14,594 bases of DNA from Candidatus Bathyarchaeia archaeon. GTDB lineage: Archaea; Thermoproteota; Bathyarchaeia; Bathyarchaeales; Bathycorpusculaceae. The stretch lies in assembly GCA_037481775.1 (NCBI GenBank), contig JBBFKZ010000030.1, positions 1 through 14,594 of the forward strand, read 5' to 3'. A program made the position numbers and the translations under genes. Below are positions 1 to 7,968 of the stretch, piece by piece. The notes beneath the pieces were generated by a model. That model was not told the DNA's origin and did no database searches. It saw only the letters and a program-made list of their open reading frames with translations. Numbering within the stretch: position 1 is the stretch's first letter; each line of letters starts with the position of its first letter.

Positions 1-1
1 C

Positions 2-757
2 ACGGAAATAATTGTTACCACGCCGCTTGAGTCCAGAGGCTACGTGCAAATGACCAAGGCTGTCCTCGCTGAACATGGTATAAGAATCCTTATCTCAGAA
101 AATTTCAGCCGCATCTACGTGCCGGCGCATCAGGTTTACGTGCCGTGCGACCATAAGGTTCCAGGAGACTTCTCCTCTGCCGCGTTTCTCTTAGCCGCCG
201 CGGCTATAACCCGCTCTAATGTGCGCGTTGAAAATCTGAATTATGAAAGCGTGCAAGATGACAAGGCTATACTGGGCATTCTATCGCAGATGGGCGCAAA
301 ATGCCGCGTCCAACTGGATTATGCGGAAGTAGCAGGTGACGGCCGACCGCTTAAGGCAGTTGATGTTGACGCGCGGGACATCCCTGATCTTGTTCCAGTT
401 CTCGCGGCTCTTGCCTGCTATGCTGAAGGTGTTTCCAGAATATACGGCGCTCAGAGACTTCGATATAAAGAGTCTGATAGGCTTTTGTCACTTTATCTTG
501 AACTAAAAAAGATGGGCGCTGACATAGCCATAAACGAAGACGGCTTGACAATTAAAGGCCCATGTGAGATGCATGGCGCAACGATAGACCCGCATAATGA
601 TCACCGAATTGCCATGGCATGCGCCGTCGCCGCGTTGGGCGCTGCTGGCGAAACGCGGATCCAAAATGCTGAATGTGTTCGAAAATCTTATCCGAGGTTC
701 TTTAATGATTTACGTTCGTTAGGAGTAGATGTTGTTGGCGGGGAATTCGATAGGTAA
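2..757 (+). CDS. aroA: 3-phosphoshikimate 1-carboxyvinyltransferase (EPSP synthase), 5'-truncated by the window edge
   Basis: Frame is open from base 2 (TEIIVTTPLESRGYVQMT...). EPSPS motifs VPGDFSSAAF, IPDL, LRYKESDR, HNDHRIAMA, CVRKSYPRFF. Confidence 0.97.
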   Translation, partial: TEIIVTTPLESRGYVQMTKAVLAEHGIRILISENFSRIYVPAHQVYVPCDHKVPGDFSSAAFLLAAAAITRSNVRVENLNYESVQDDKAILGILSQMGAKCRVQLDYAEVAGDGRPLKAVDVDARDIPDLVPVLAALACYAEGVSRIYGAQRLRYKESDRLLSLYLELKKMGADIAINEDGLTIKGPCEMHGATIDPHNDHRIAMACAVAALGAAGETRIQNAECVRKSYPRFFNDLRSLGVDVVGGEFDR

Positions 758-1841
758 AGAATTCAAAGTAACTTCTTTCGGGGAAAGCCACGGGCGAGTT
801 ATAGGCGTAGTCATAGACGGATGCCCAGCTGGCCTGCCGTTGTCTGAGGCAGATATGCAAGCCGAACTTGACCGCCGTATCCCAGCACAACCAAAAATAG
901 TTTCGGAGAGAATTGAAAAAGACGCTGTGCAGATTCTTTCAGGTGTTTTCCGCGGCTTCACCACGGCCGCCCCTATCTGCATGATTGTGGAAAACAGAGG
1001 GGTGGATTCCAGCAGCTACGAAGCTATCAGGGATCTGCCTAGACCTGGGCATGCGGATTACACGGCGCACGTTAAATACGGCGGCTTTAACGATTACCGA
1101 GGCGGCGGCCGCTTCTCCGGGCGGGTCACAGTAGCTTTAATTATGGCTGGCGCGGTAGCTAAGAAACTGCTCAGCTTATTTGGCGTCGAGGTTTTGGCCT
1201 ACACTAAGGCGATAGGCCACGTGAAAATGAGTGCAGCGCTTAGTTTTGAGGAGATCCGTGAACGGCGATACGAAACCTCAGTCAGGTGTCCAAATTTTGA
1301 ATGTGCCAAAGAGATGGAGGATGCTATTATAAGCGCGCGAAAGGAGGGCGACAGCATTGGCGGAGTAATCGAATGTGTTGCTTTAAATGTGCCCGTCGGC
1401 GTTGGCGAACCGCTGTTTGACGCTTTGGACGCTGACATCGCTAAGATATTGCTGACTGTTCCTGCGGTGAAGGGCGTTGAGTTTGGCGCCGGCTTCCATG
1501 CTGCCGAGATGAAGGGTTCAGAGAATAATGACGCTTACTTCGTGGAGAACGGTAAGGTCGCAGCGCAGACGAATAATGCAGGCGGCATCTTGGGCGGCTT
1601 ATCCACGGGGATGCCGCTGATAGTTAGGGTCGCTGTTAAGCCCACGCCTTCCGTTGCGAAAATGCAACGTACTGTTAACTTGGCTAAGATGGAGAACGCG
1701 ACGGTGAAGGTAGGTGGTCGGCATGATCCATGTGTGGTGCCTAAAGCCGTGCCGGTTGTTGAATGTGCCGTTGCGGTGGTTCTTGCTGATCACATGATCC
1801 GCGCGGGTTTTATACCTAAAGTTTTGAAGGAGCGCAAGTAA
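729..1841 (+). CDS. aroC: Chorismate synthase
   Basis: GNSIG..TSFGESHG, PRPGHAD, RGGGRFSGR, NNAGGILGG, KPTPS, GRHDPCVVP motifs. AGGAG at 721-725; the true start may be TTG 735 (MAGNSIG). Overlaps the aroA 3' end. Confidence 0.98.
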   Translation: MLLAGNSIGKEFKVTSFGESHGRVIGVVIDGCPAGLPLSEADMQAELDRRIPAQPKIVSERIEKDAVQILSGVFRGFTTAAPICMIVENRGVDSSSYEAIRDLPRPGHADYTAHVKYGGFNDYRGGGRFSGRVTVALIMAGAVAKKLLSLFGVEVLAYTKAIGHVKMSAALSFEEIRERRYETSVRCPNFECAKEMEDAIISARKEGDSIGGVIECVALNVPVGVGEPLFDALDADIAKILLTVPAVKGVEFGAGFHAAEMKGSENNDAYFVENGKVAAQTNNAGGILGGLSTGMPLIVRVAVKPTPSVAKMQRTVNLAKMENATVKVGGRHDPCVVPKAVPVVECAVAVVLADHMIRAGFIPKVLKERK

Positions 1842-2102
1842 ATGCAGGAAATTCAGCAGTTAAGAAAGAGCATTGATGAAGTGGATGAGCAGATTCTGTT
1901 GCTTTTGAGTAAGAGAGTGGAAATTTGCCGTTCAATTGGTGCTATTAAGCGAAAGCATGGTCTGCCGGTTAAGGATTTGCCCAGAGAGAACGACGTGTAT
2001 ACAGGCGTTAGGAAAAAAGCAGAAGAACTCGGCTTGGACGCTGCTTGGGTTGAGCGGATCTATCAGCAAATAGTTAATATGTGCCGTGCTATTCAAGAGT
2101 AA
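1842..2102 (+). CDS. aroQ: Monofunctional chorismate mutase, AroQ (type II) class
   Basis: 86 aa helical protein with LRKSIDEVDEQILLLLSKR, IGAIK and VKDLPRE motifs. Starts immediately after the aroC stop (TAAATG). Confidence 0.93.
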   Translation: MQEIQQLRKSIDEVDEQILLLLSKRVEICRSIGAIKRKHGLPVKDLPRENDVYTGVRKKAEELGLDAAWVERIYQQIVNMCRAIQE

Positions 2103-2134
2103 AAGAATTTGACAGGAAGCATAAAGGGCGGCTA

Positions 2135-3217
2135 GTGGACGTGCTGTATGAGATAAATGAGAAAGCTATAAAACTGGAGAACCAGGGAAAGAAGATAGTG
2201 AAATTGAACCTCGGCGATCCTGATCTGGAGACGCCGCGGGAGATAATTGAAGCAGCTTATGAAGCCATGAAAAAGGGTAAAACCAAGTATTCCTCTGCTT
2301 ATGGCGAGAAAAGCCTCAGGGAGAAGATTGCGGAGTATCATGGTGTTTCCGCGGATAACGTGGTGATTACGCCGGGTTCGAAATGGGGTGTTTTCGCCGC
2401 AATGTATTTGCTGTTGAAAAACGGCGGTAACGTAATTATCCCCACGCCCTACTGGACTGCGTATGAGCTTACAGCTAAAACGCTTGGTGCTGAAACCCGC
2501 TTGGTAAAGACAGAACTTGCCTCAAAATGGAAGATTGATTTCGAAGCTTTAGAGCGTCTCATTGATGCGCAGACGCGTATGATAATATTGAATAACCCGA
2601 ACAATCCGACCAGCAAGGTTATGGACGCGGAGGACATGGACCGCGTGGTTCAGATAGCCAACGAGAGGAAGATCACTGTTTTATCTGATGAGGTTTATGC
2701 CGACATAAGCTTCGTGAAAACCAAGAGCATCCTAGACTACGAGGGTAACCATGTGATGATAAGCGGCTTTTCCAAGATGTTTACCATGACTGGATGGCGC
2801 ATTGGCTACGTCATAGCAGGCAAGGAGCTTATCGACAAGATTGGTAAACTGAATCAGATAACAATCACCAACGTGCCAGTTTTCATCCAGGACGCAGCGT
2901 TAACGGCTTTAGGCATGCATGACAAGCTTACCAGCGAAATCAAAAAAGTTTACCAGAGACGCGCGAAATTGGCCTCTCAAATCCTCTCAGAGGCAAAGCT
3001 GGAGTTCACGGAGCCTGAAGCACCGTTTTACGTGTTTCCAAGGCGCCGAGGCTTGGATTCGGAGCGCTTCGCTTTAGAGTTGCTCGACAAAGGCGTGGCT
3101 ATTGCGCCTGGCACTTCGTTCGGCGATTACAGAGAGCACTTTAGAATAGCTTTAACTGTGCCTGACGATGAGCTTCCTGTAGCGCTGAACAAGATTTGCG
3201 AGGCAACTACTAAATGA
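2135..3217 (+). CDS. PLP-dependent class I/II aminotransferase (aspartate/aromatic, possibly prephenate aminotransferase)
   Basis: LNLGDPD, TKYS, NNPNNPT, LSDEVY, SGFSKMFTMTGWRIGY (PLP lysine), APGTSFG, FRIA. Start is probably GTG 2135 after AGGGCGG; the ORF extends up to 2081. Confidence 0.93.
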   Translation: MDVLYEINEKAIKLENQGKKIVKLNLGDPDLETPREIIEAAYEAMKKGKTKYSSAYGEKSLREKIAEYHGVSADNVVITPGSKWGVFAAMYLLLKNGGNVIIPTPYWTAYELTAKTLGAETRLVKTELASKWKIDFEALERLIDAQTRMIILNNPNNPTSKVMDAEDMDRVVQIANERKITVLSDEVYADISFVKTKSILDYEGNHVMISGFSKMFTMTGWRIGYVIAGKELIDKIGKLNQITITNVPVFIQDAALTALGMHDKLTSEIKKVYQRRAKLASQILSEAKLEFTEPEAPFYVFPRRRGLDSERFALELLDKGVAIAPGTSFGDYREHFRIALTVPDDELPVALNKICEATTK

Positions 3218-4086
3218 GGATTGCCGTAATCGGCGCAGGAAAAATGGGCGTGTGGTTCGCCAAGTTCTTCCTGAAAGAAGGCTACTCCGTAGTGGTTGCG
3301 GATCGAAAAAGGGATAAGCTGGAAAAACTGCGAAGCGAGCTTGGAGTTGAGATCGCCGATTTTGCTGAAGCCGCCAAAAGTGCTGATCGCGTGCTCATAT
3401 GCGTATCCATCAGCGCCTTTGAGGAAGTTGTCAAAAAAATCAGCCCCTCTATCCACGAAGGGCAGGTTATTATGGACATCTGCTCGGTCAAAGAGTTTCC
3501 TGTCAACCTCATGCATAAGCATTTTCATGGCGCCTTGGTTTTGGGTACGCATCCCGTTTTCGGCCCAGGAAGCACCGGAATCGAAAACAAGCCTTTCGTT
3601 TTAACTCCCACCAACAGCCAAGAAGAAGCAGTTGCAGCAGACTTCAAGAAGTGGCTGGAAGCGAGGAAAGCACGTGTTTTCATTATGTCGCCAAAAAAGC
3701 ATGATGAGCTCATGTCCGCTGTGCTGGGCTTGCCGCATTTCTTAGGATTAGTCGCCTGCGACACCTTGCTTGAGCAAGCAGATTATTCTGAAACCAAACA
3801 GGTAGCTGGCACAACCTATCGTTTGCTTTTCACTTTAGCCGAGGTTGCAGCCATGGAAACTCCTGAGCTTTTCAATAGTCTCCAATTGAATTTGCCAGGA
3901 CTTGAGCAGCTTGAAGAAGCATTTCTCGCGAAGGCTCGTGAATGGCTAAAGCTGATCAAGGAGAAAGATCGAGAAGCTATTACCCGTCGAATGGAGCAGT
4001 TAAAAGTGCGGCTTGCTGAAAAAAGCCTTGATTACGAGCGAACCTATGAGCTTATGTATAAAATGTTAGAGGCATCCGAGAAATAG
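3214..4086 (+). CDS. tyrA: TyrA-family prephenate/arogenate dehydrogenase
   Basis: Rossmann motif IGAGKMG, Asp30 at the end of beta2 (NAD+-type), DICSVK, HPVFGP, HDELMS..LPH. ATGA overlap with the aminotransferase. Confidence 0.95.
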   Translation: MRIAVIGAGKMGVWFAKFFLKEGYSVVVADRKRDKLEKLRSELGVEIADFAEAAKSADRVLICVSISAFEEVVKKISPSIHEGQVIMDICSVKEFPVNLMHKHFHGALVLGTHPVFGPGSTGIENKPFVLTPTNSQEEAVAADFKKWLEARKARVFIMSPKKHDELMSAVLGLPHFLGLVACDTLLEQADYSETKQVAGTTYRLLFTLAEVAAMETPELFNSLQLNLPGLEQLEEAFLAKAREWLKLIKEKDREAITRRMEQLKVRLAEKSLDYERTYELMYKMLEASEK

Positions 4087-4099
4087 GAAAATAAGCAAG

Positions 4100-4912
4100 C
4101 TACGCTGCTCTGGGGTATGAGCCTAAAATTTTCACGAACAACGCACTTTTTTCCAGTGCCTTCAACGCGGCAGCACAGTTTTCTTCAGTTCTGTGCCCTT
4201 CAAAGTCAAGGTAGAAGTTGTATTCCCAAGGCTTCTTTTTTGTCGGTCTAGATTCAATCTTTGTAAGATTGATGCCTCGCTTGGCAAATTCGCCAAGGGC
4301 ATGATAAAGCGAGCCTGGCGTGTGTGCTGCAGCGAATATTATTGAGGTTTTGTCTCTGCCCGTCATGGGCGCGTCTTCTTTAGATAAGACAAAGAATCTG
4401 GTGTAGTTTTCCAGGTTATCCTCAATTTCTCTTGCAAGAATTTTCATTCCGTAGATTTCAGCGGCTTTTTCGCTGGCTATTGCCGCGGCATCCTTGAGCC
4501 CTTTCTCCTTAAGCATTTTTACACTGCCCGCTGTGTCATAGGTCGGAACAAGCTCTCTGCCAAAGCGCTCAAGAAACCTGCGACACTGCGCAAGCGCCTG
4601 TGGATGCGAGTAAACTGTTTTGACATCCTCTAATTTTGTGCTGGGATTTGCGATTAAACAATGCGATATCCTGATGATGATTTCGCCGCAAACCTTCAGG
4701 TCATAAGTTAAGAATAAATCGTAGGTTTGGTTCACGCTTCCTTCTAGGCTGTTTTCCACCGGAACAACGCCGAACTGTGCTTCTTGCTTTTCCACGCTCT
4801 CGAATACTTCTTTAAGATCTCTGCATGGCTTGACTTCAACTTGGCCGCTGAAAAAAGCATAAATTGCGCTTTCGCTGTAGGCGCCTTTTTCACCTTGGAA
4901 TGCTACTTTCAT
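4100..4912 (-). CDS. pheA: Monofunctional prephenate dehydratase with C-terminal ACT domain
   Basis: FQGEKGAYSE, PVENSLEG, SHPQALAQC, NYTRF, PGSL, NLTKIESRP, ILGSYP. ATGA overlap with leuA. Confidence 0.97.
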   Translation of the reverse strand: MKVAFQGEKGAYSESAIYAFFSGQVEVKPCRDLKEVFESVEKQEAQFGVVPVENSLEGSVNQTYDLFLTYDLKVCGEIIIRISHCLIANPSTKLEDVKTVYSHPQALAQCRRFLERFGRELVPTYDTAGSVKMLKEKGLKDAAAIASEKAAEIYGMKILAREIEDNLENYTRFFVLSKEDAPMTGRDKTSIIFAAAHTPGSLYHALGEFAKRGINLTKIESRPTKKKPWEYNFYLDFEGHRTEENCAAALKALEKSALFVKILGSYPRAA

Positions 4913-6429
4913 TGTTTATTTCCCAGCTTCCGTTGCCTTAGCAGGCACTTGTTTATGCCGTTAATCATCGCCTCGACACTTGCCATAACGATGTCTTCTC
5001 TTGCCGCGCGTGCTGTAACCACATGACCCTTTTCGTCCTCGACTTTTATGATGACTTCAGCCACAGCGTTGGAGCCGCCTGTTATCGCCTCAAGACGATA
5101 CTCGTTCAGTTTAATCTTTGCCAAGCTGTTCGTAAGCTTCTGTATAGCCTTCAACGCAGCGTCCACCGGGCCTACCCCTGTCTCGGCGGCTATGTACTCT
5201 TTTCCGTCTAGAACCAGCCTAACCGAAGCGGTCGGGATTACTTTGATTCCCGTTATCACCGCCATGTCGCATAAATCCACAACCTTCTCTTCAGGGATAA
5301 CTTCACCCATAACCGCGGCTGCAAGCGCAAGCAAATCCGCGTCAGTAACCATTTTCCCTTTGTCGCCTAGCTCTTTGACTCTGCGGACAATCTCTTTCAG
5401 CTGTTCTTCGGTTGGGTGTATGCCTACTTCTTCAAGTTCAGCTTTGATGCCGCGGGTTCCAGCAAGTTTGCCAGCGACAAGCTTCCTCGTGCGGCCTACC
5501 AGCTCGGGCTCTATTGGCTCAAAGGTTAAGGGCTTAACGGTTACGCCACGCGTGTGGATGCCTGATTCATGCGCGAAAGCATTTTCGCCGACAATCGCCT
5601 TGTTAGGCTGAACAATTACACCCGTTAAAGTGGACACCATTCGTGAAGTGCTGTAGAGCAAGCGCGTGTTAACGCCGGTTTTAAGCTTGTAAATTGTATG
5701 CAAAGCCACAACAACCTCTTCTAAAGCCGCATTTCCAGCGCGCTCGCCTAAACCGTTCACTGTAACATGCACTTGTGTGGCGCCTGCTTCAACCGCAGCC
5801 AGCGAGTTAGCCACAGCCATCCCGAAATCATCGTGACAGTGAATGCTGATGGGTGCTTTAAGCTCCTTCTTGAGCTCTTCAATAAGCTGGCGCATACTCC
5901 GCGGGATCATTATGCCCACGGTATCTGGAATATTTATCATGTCTGCACCTGCTTCCTCTGCCGCTTTGCATACCCGCTTCAGAAAGCCCAATTCAGACCT
6001 GGTGGCGTCCATGGGTGAAAACTCGCATTTCACGCCGTGCTTCTTAACGTACTCAACCGCGTCCACAGTGGCAGAAAGCACCTGCTCAGGGCTTAAGCCG
6101 ACGGCATACTTCATCTGCACCGGCGAAGTGGGAATGAACGTGTGCACAATGTCGACGTCACATTCGATTGCGTCGTCTATGTCGCTTCGTGTGGCGCGTG
6201 CCAAAGCGCAAATTTCAGCGTTTAAGCCTGCTTTGGCTATTTCCTTAACCACTCGTTTTTCGCCTTCAGATGACATTGGCGAACCTGCTTCGATCACGTC
6301 AACGCCTAGCCTGCTTAGTTGCCGTGCAATCTCAAGCTTTTCTTCCGGCGTCAGCGTTACTCCCGGCGTCTGCTCACCGTCCCTTAGTGTCGTGTCGAAG
6401 ATTCGTATGTACCCTGAGCTTTGCTCCAT
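4909..6429 (-). CDS. leuA: 2-isopropylmalate synthase with C-terminal regulatory domain
   Basis: DTTLRDGEQ, INIPDTVG, HCHDD, GLGERAGN, AHESGIH, GVGPVDA. Follows leuCDB. GGGAGGGG RBS upstream. Confidence 0.88.
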   Translation of the reverse strand: MEQSSGYIRIFDTTLRDGEQTPGVTLTPEEKLEIARQLSRLGVDVIEAGSPMSSEGEKRVVKEIAKAGLNAEICALARATRSDIDDAIECDVDIVHTFIPTSPVQMKYAVGLSPEQVLSATVDAVEYVKKHGVKCEFSPMDATRSELGFLKRVCKAAEEAGADMINIPDTVGIMIPRSMRQLIEELKKELKAPISIHCHDDFGMAVANSLAAVEAGATQVHVTVNGLGERAGNAALEEVVVALHTIYKLKTGVNTRLLYSTSRMVSTLTGVIVQPNKAIVGENAFAHESGIHTRGVTVKPLTFEPIEPELVGRTRKLVAGKLAGTRGIKAELEEVGIHPTEEQLKEIVRRVKELGDKGKMVTDADLLALAAAVMGEVIPEEKVVDLCDMAVITGIKVIPTASVRLVLDGKEYIAAETGVGPVDAALKAIQKLTNSLAKIKLNEYRLEAITGGSNAVAEVIIKVEDEKGHVVTARAAREDIVMASVEAMINGINKCLLRQRKLGNKQ

Positions 6430-6445
6430 TACCAGCCCCTCCCTT

Positions 6446-7474
6446 CTATGTTGATAGAGCTGCGGCTATGGCCTCTGCCATCTTCAAGGTTGTGGCGGTT
6501 CCGCCGAAGTCTGGAACTGTTGGCCCCTCACGCAACGTCTTTACGACGCCATTTTCTATGGCGTTTGCCGCTTCAATACAGTTGTTATCGTTGTAGCGCT
6601 CGCCCAGCCAATCCAGCATCATCTTCGCTGCGAGTATCATGGATATTGGATTTGCTGTTTGCTTTCCCGCCCTATTCGGCGCCGAGCCATGTATGGGTTC
6701 GAAGAGCGCAAAGTTGTCTCCTATGTTGGCGCCTGGCGCCATGCCTAAACCGCCGATAAGCTGTGCTGCCTCATCTGAGAGGATGTCTCCGAACATGTTT
6801 GGCGTAACCAAAACGTCGAAGGTCTGCGGCTCTTTTATCAGCCGCATAGCCGCGGCGTCCACGTACAACGCGTTGAAGGCGATGTCTGGGTACTGCTTGG
6901 CGACTTCGCGGCAGACGCTTGCAAATAAGCCGTCGGTTACGCGCATGACGTTGGCTTTGTGTATGGCTGTTACTTTCTTTTTGCCGTTGCGGCGCCTTGC
7001 AATTTCAAAGGCTTTTTTGGCTATGCGCTCGCAGGCTCTCCGGGTGATTACTCTCAGGCATATTGTCGTATCGTTGCCTATGGTGAACTCTTGGCCTTTG
7101 TAAACGTCCTCAGTGTTCTCTCTCACAAAGATCATGTCGATGTCTGATCTTGCCACGACAGCTGCTGGATAAGCCTTTATTGGGCGGAGATTAGCGTAAA
7201 GGTCAAACATTAGCCTCAGCCGCACGATGACGTCAGCGGCGGTTTCGCCCACCGGCCCTTTCAAGCATGCGTGGGATGCCTTGATTTTCTGTATGCTGTC
7301 TTCGGGCAGAGCTACGCCTCTTTTCTCAAAGCATGTGTCGCCTGCTTCTGCTTCGATGATTTCTAGTTTTATGCCAAATTTTTTCTGTGCTGCTTCCAGC
7401 ACTTTTAGGGTAGCCTCAGTTAGCTCTGGGCCTATTCCGTCTCCTTCGATTAGAGATATTTTGTATGTGTTCAT
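6446..7474 (-). CDS. leuB: 3-isopropylmalate/3-methylmalate dehydrogenase (archaeal type)
   Basis: GDGIGPE, GETAADVIVRLR..DLYANLRP, RENTE, HKANV, NMFGDILSD, EPIHGSAP. ATGA overlap with leuD. Confidence 0.93.
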   Translation of the reverse strand: MNTYKISLIEGDGIGPELTEATLKVLEAAQKKFGIKLEIIEAEAGDTCFEKRGVALPEDSIQKIKASHACLKGPVGETAADVIVRLRLMFDLYANLRPIKAYPAAVVARSDIDMIFVRENTEDVYKGQEFTIGNDTTICLRVITRRACERIAKKAFEIARRRNGKKKVTAIHKANVMRVTDGLFASVCREVAKQYPDIAFNALYVDAAAMRLIKEPQTFDVLVTPNMFGDILSDEAAQLIGGLGMAPGANIGDNFALFEPIHGSAPNRAGKQTANPISMILAAKMMLDWLGERYNDNNCIEAANAIENGVVKTLREGPTVPDFGGTATTLKMAEAIAAALST

Positions 7475-7968
7475 TGCGTTTTTAATCTCCTTTTCAAGTT
7501 TTCTATTAATCCTCCATCTGCCAGTATTTCCAGTATGAATGGTGGCAACTTGGTTACTTGAAGACTTCGCTTCTTAGTGAGGTTTTCCACCGTTCCAGCC
7601 TCAAGATCCACGCTTAATTCATCACCATCTTCCACGGCGGATGCTATTCCCTTGCACTCGCCTATGGGCAGACCGATGTTTATGGCGTTTCGGAAGAAAA
7701 TGCGCGCAAACGATTCGGCAAGCACACATCGGACACCCGCGTATTTCAGGGCTAGGGGTGCTTGCTCCCGGCTGGAGCCGCAGCCAAAGTTTCTGCCGCC
7801 GACCACTATGACGCCTGTTTTGGCTTTCTCTGGGAAAGCTGGGTCTAATCCTTCCATGGCATGCTTCGCCAGCTCACGAGGGTCTGTTAGCACCAAGTAT
7901 TTTCCTGGCAGAATCACGTCTGTGTCAATGTTATTTCCGAACTTTATGGCTTTTCCATTTACCTTCAT
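7471..7968 (-). CDS. leuD: 3-isopropylmalate/citramalate dehydratase small subunit
   Basis: NIDTDVILPGKYLV, NFGCGSSREQAP, SFARIFFRNAINIG. The loop YLVL resembles the LeuD-type YLVY rather than the homoaconitase-type YLRT. Confidence 0.95.
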   Translation of the reverse strand: MKVNGKAIKFGNNIDTDVILPGKYLVLTDPRELAKHAMEGLDPAFPEKAKTGVIVVGGRNFGCGSSREQAPLALKYAGVRCVLAESFARIFFRNAINIGLPIGECKGIASAVEDGDELSVDLEAGTVENLTKKRSLQVTKLPPFILEILADGGLIENLKRRLKTQ

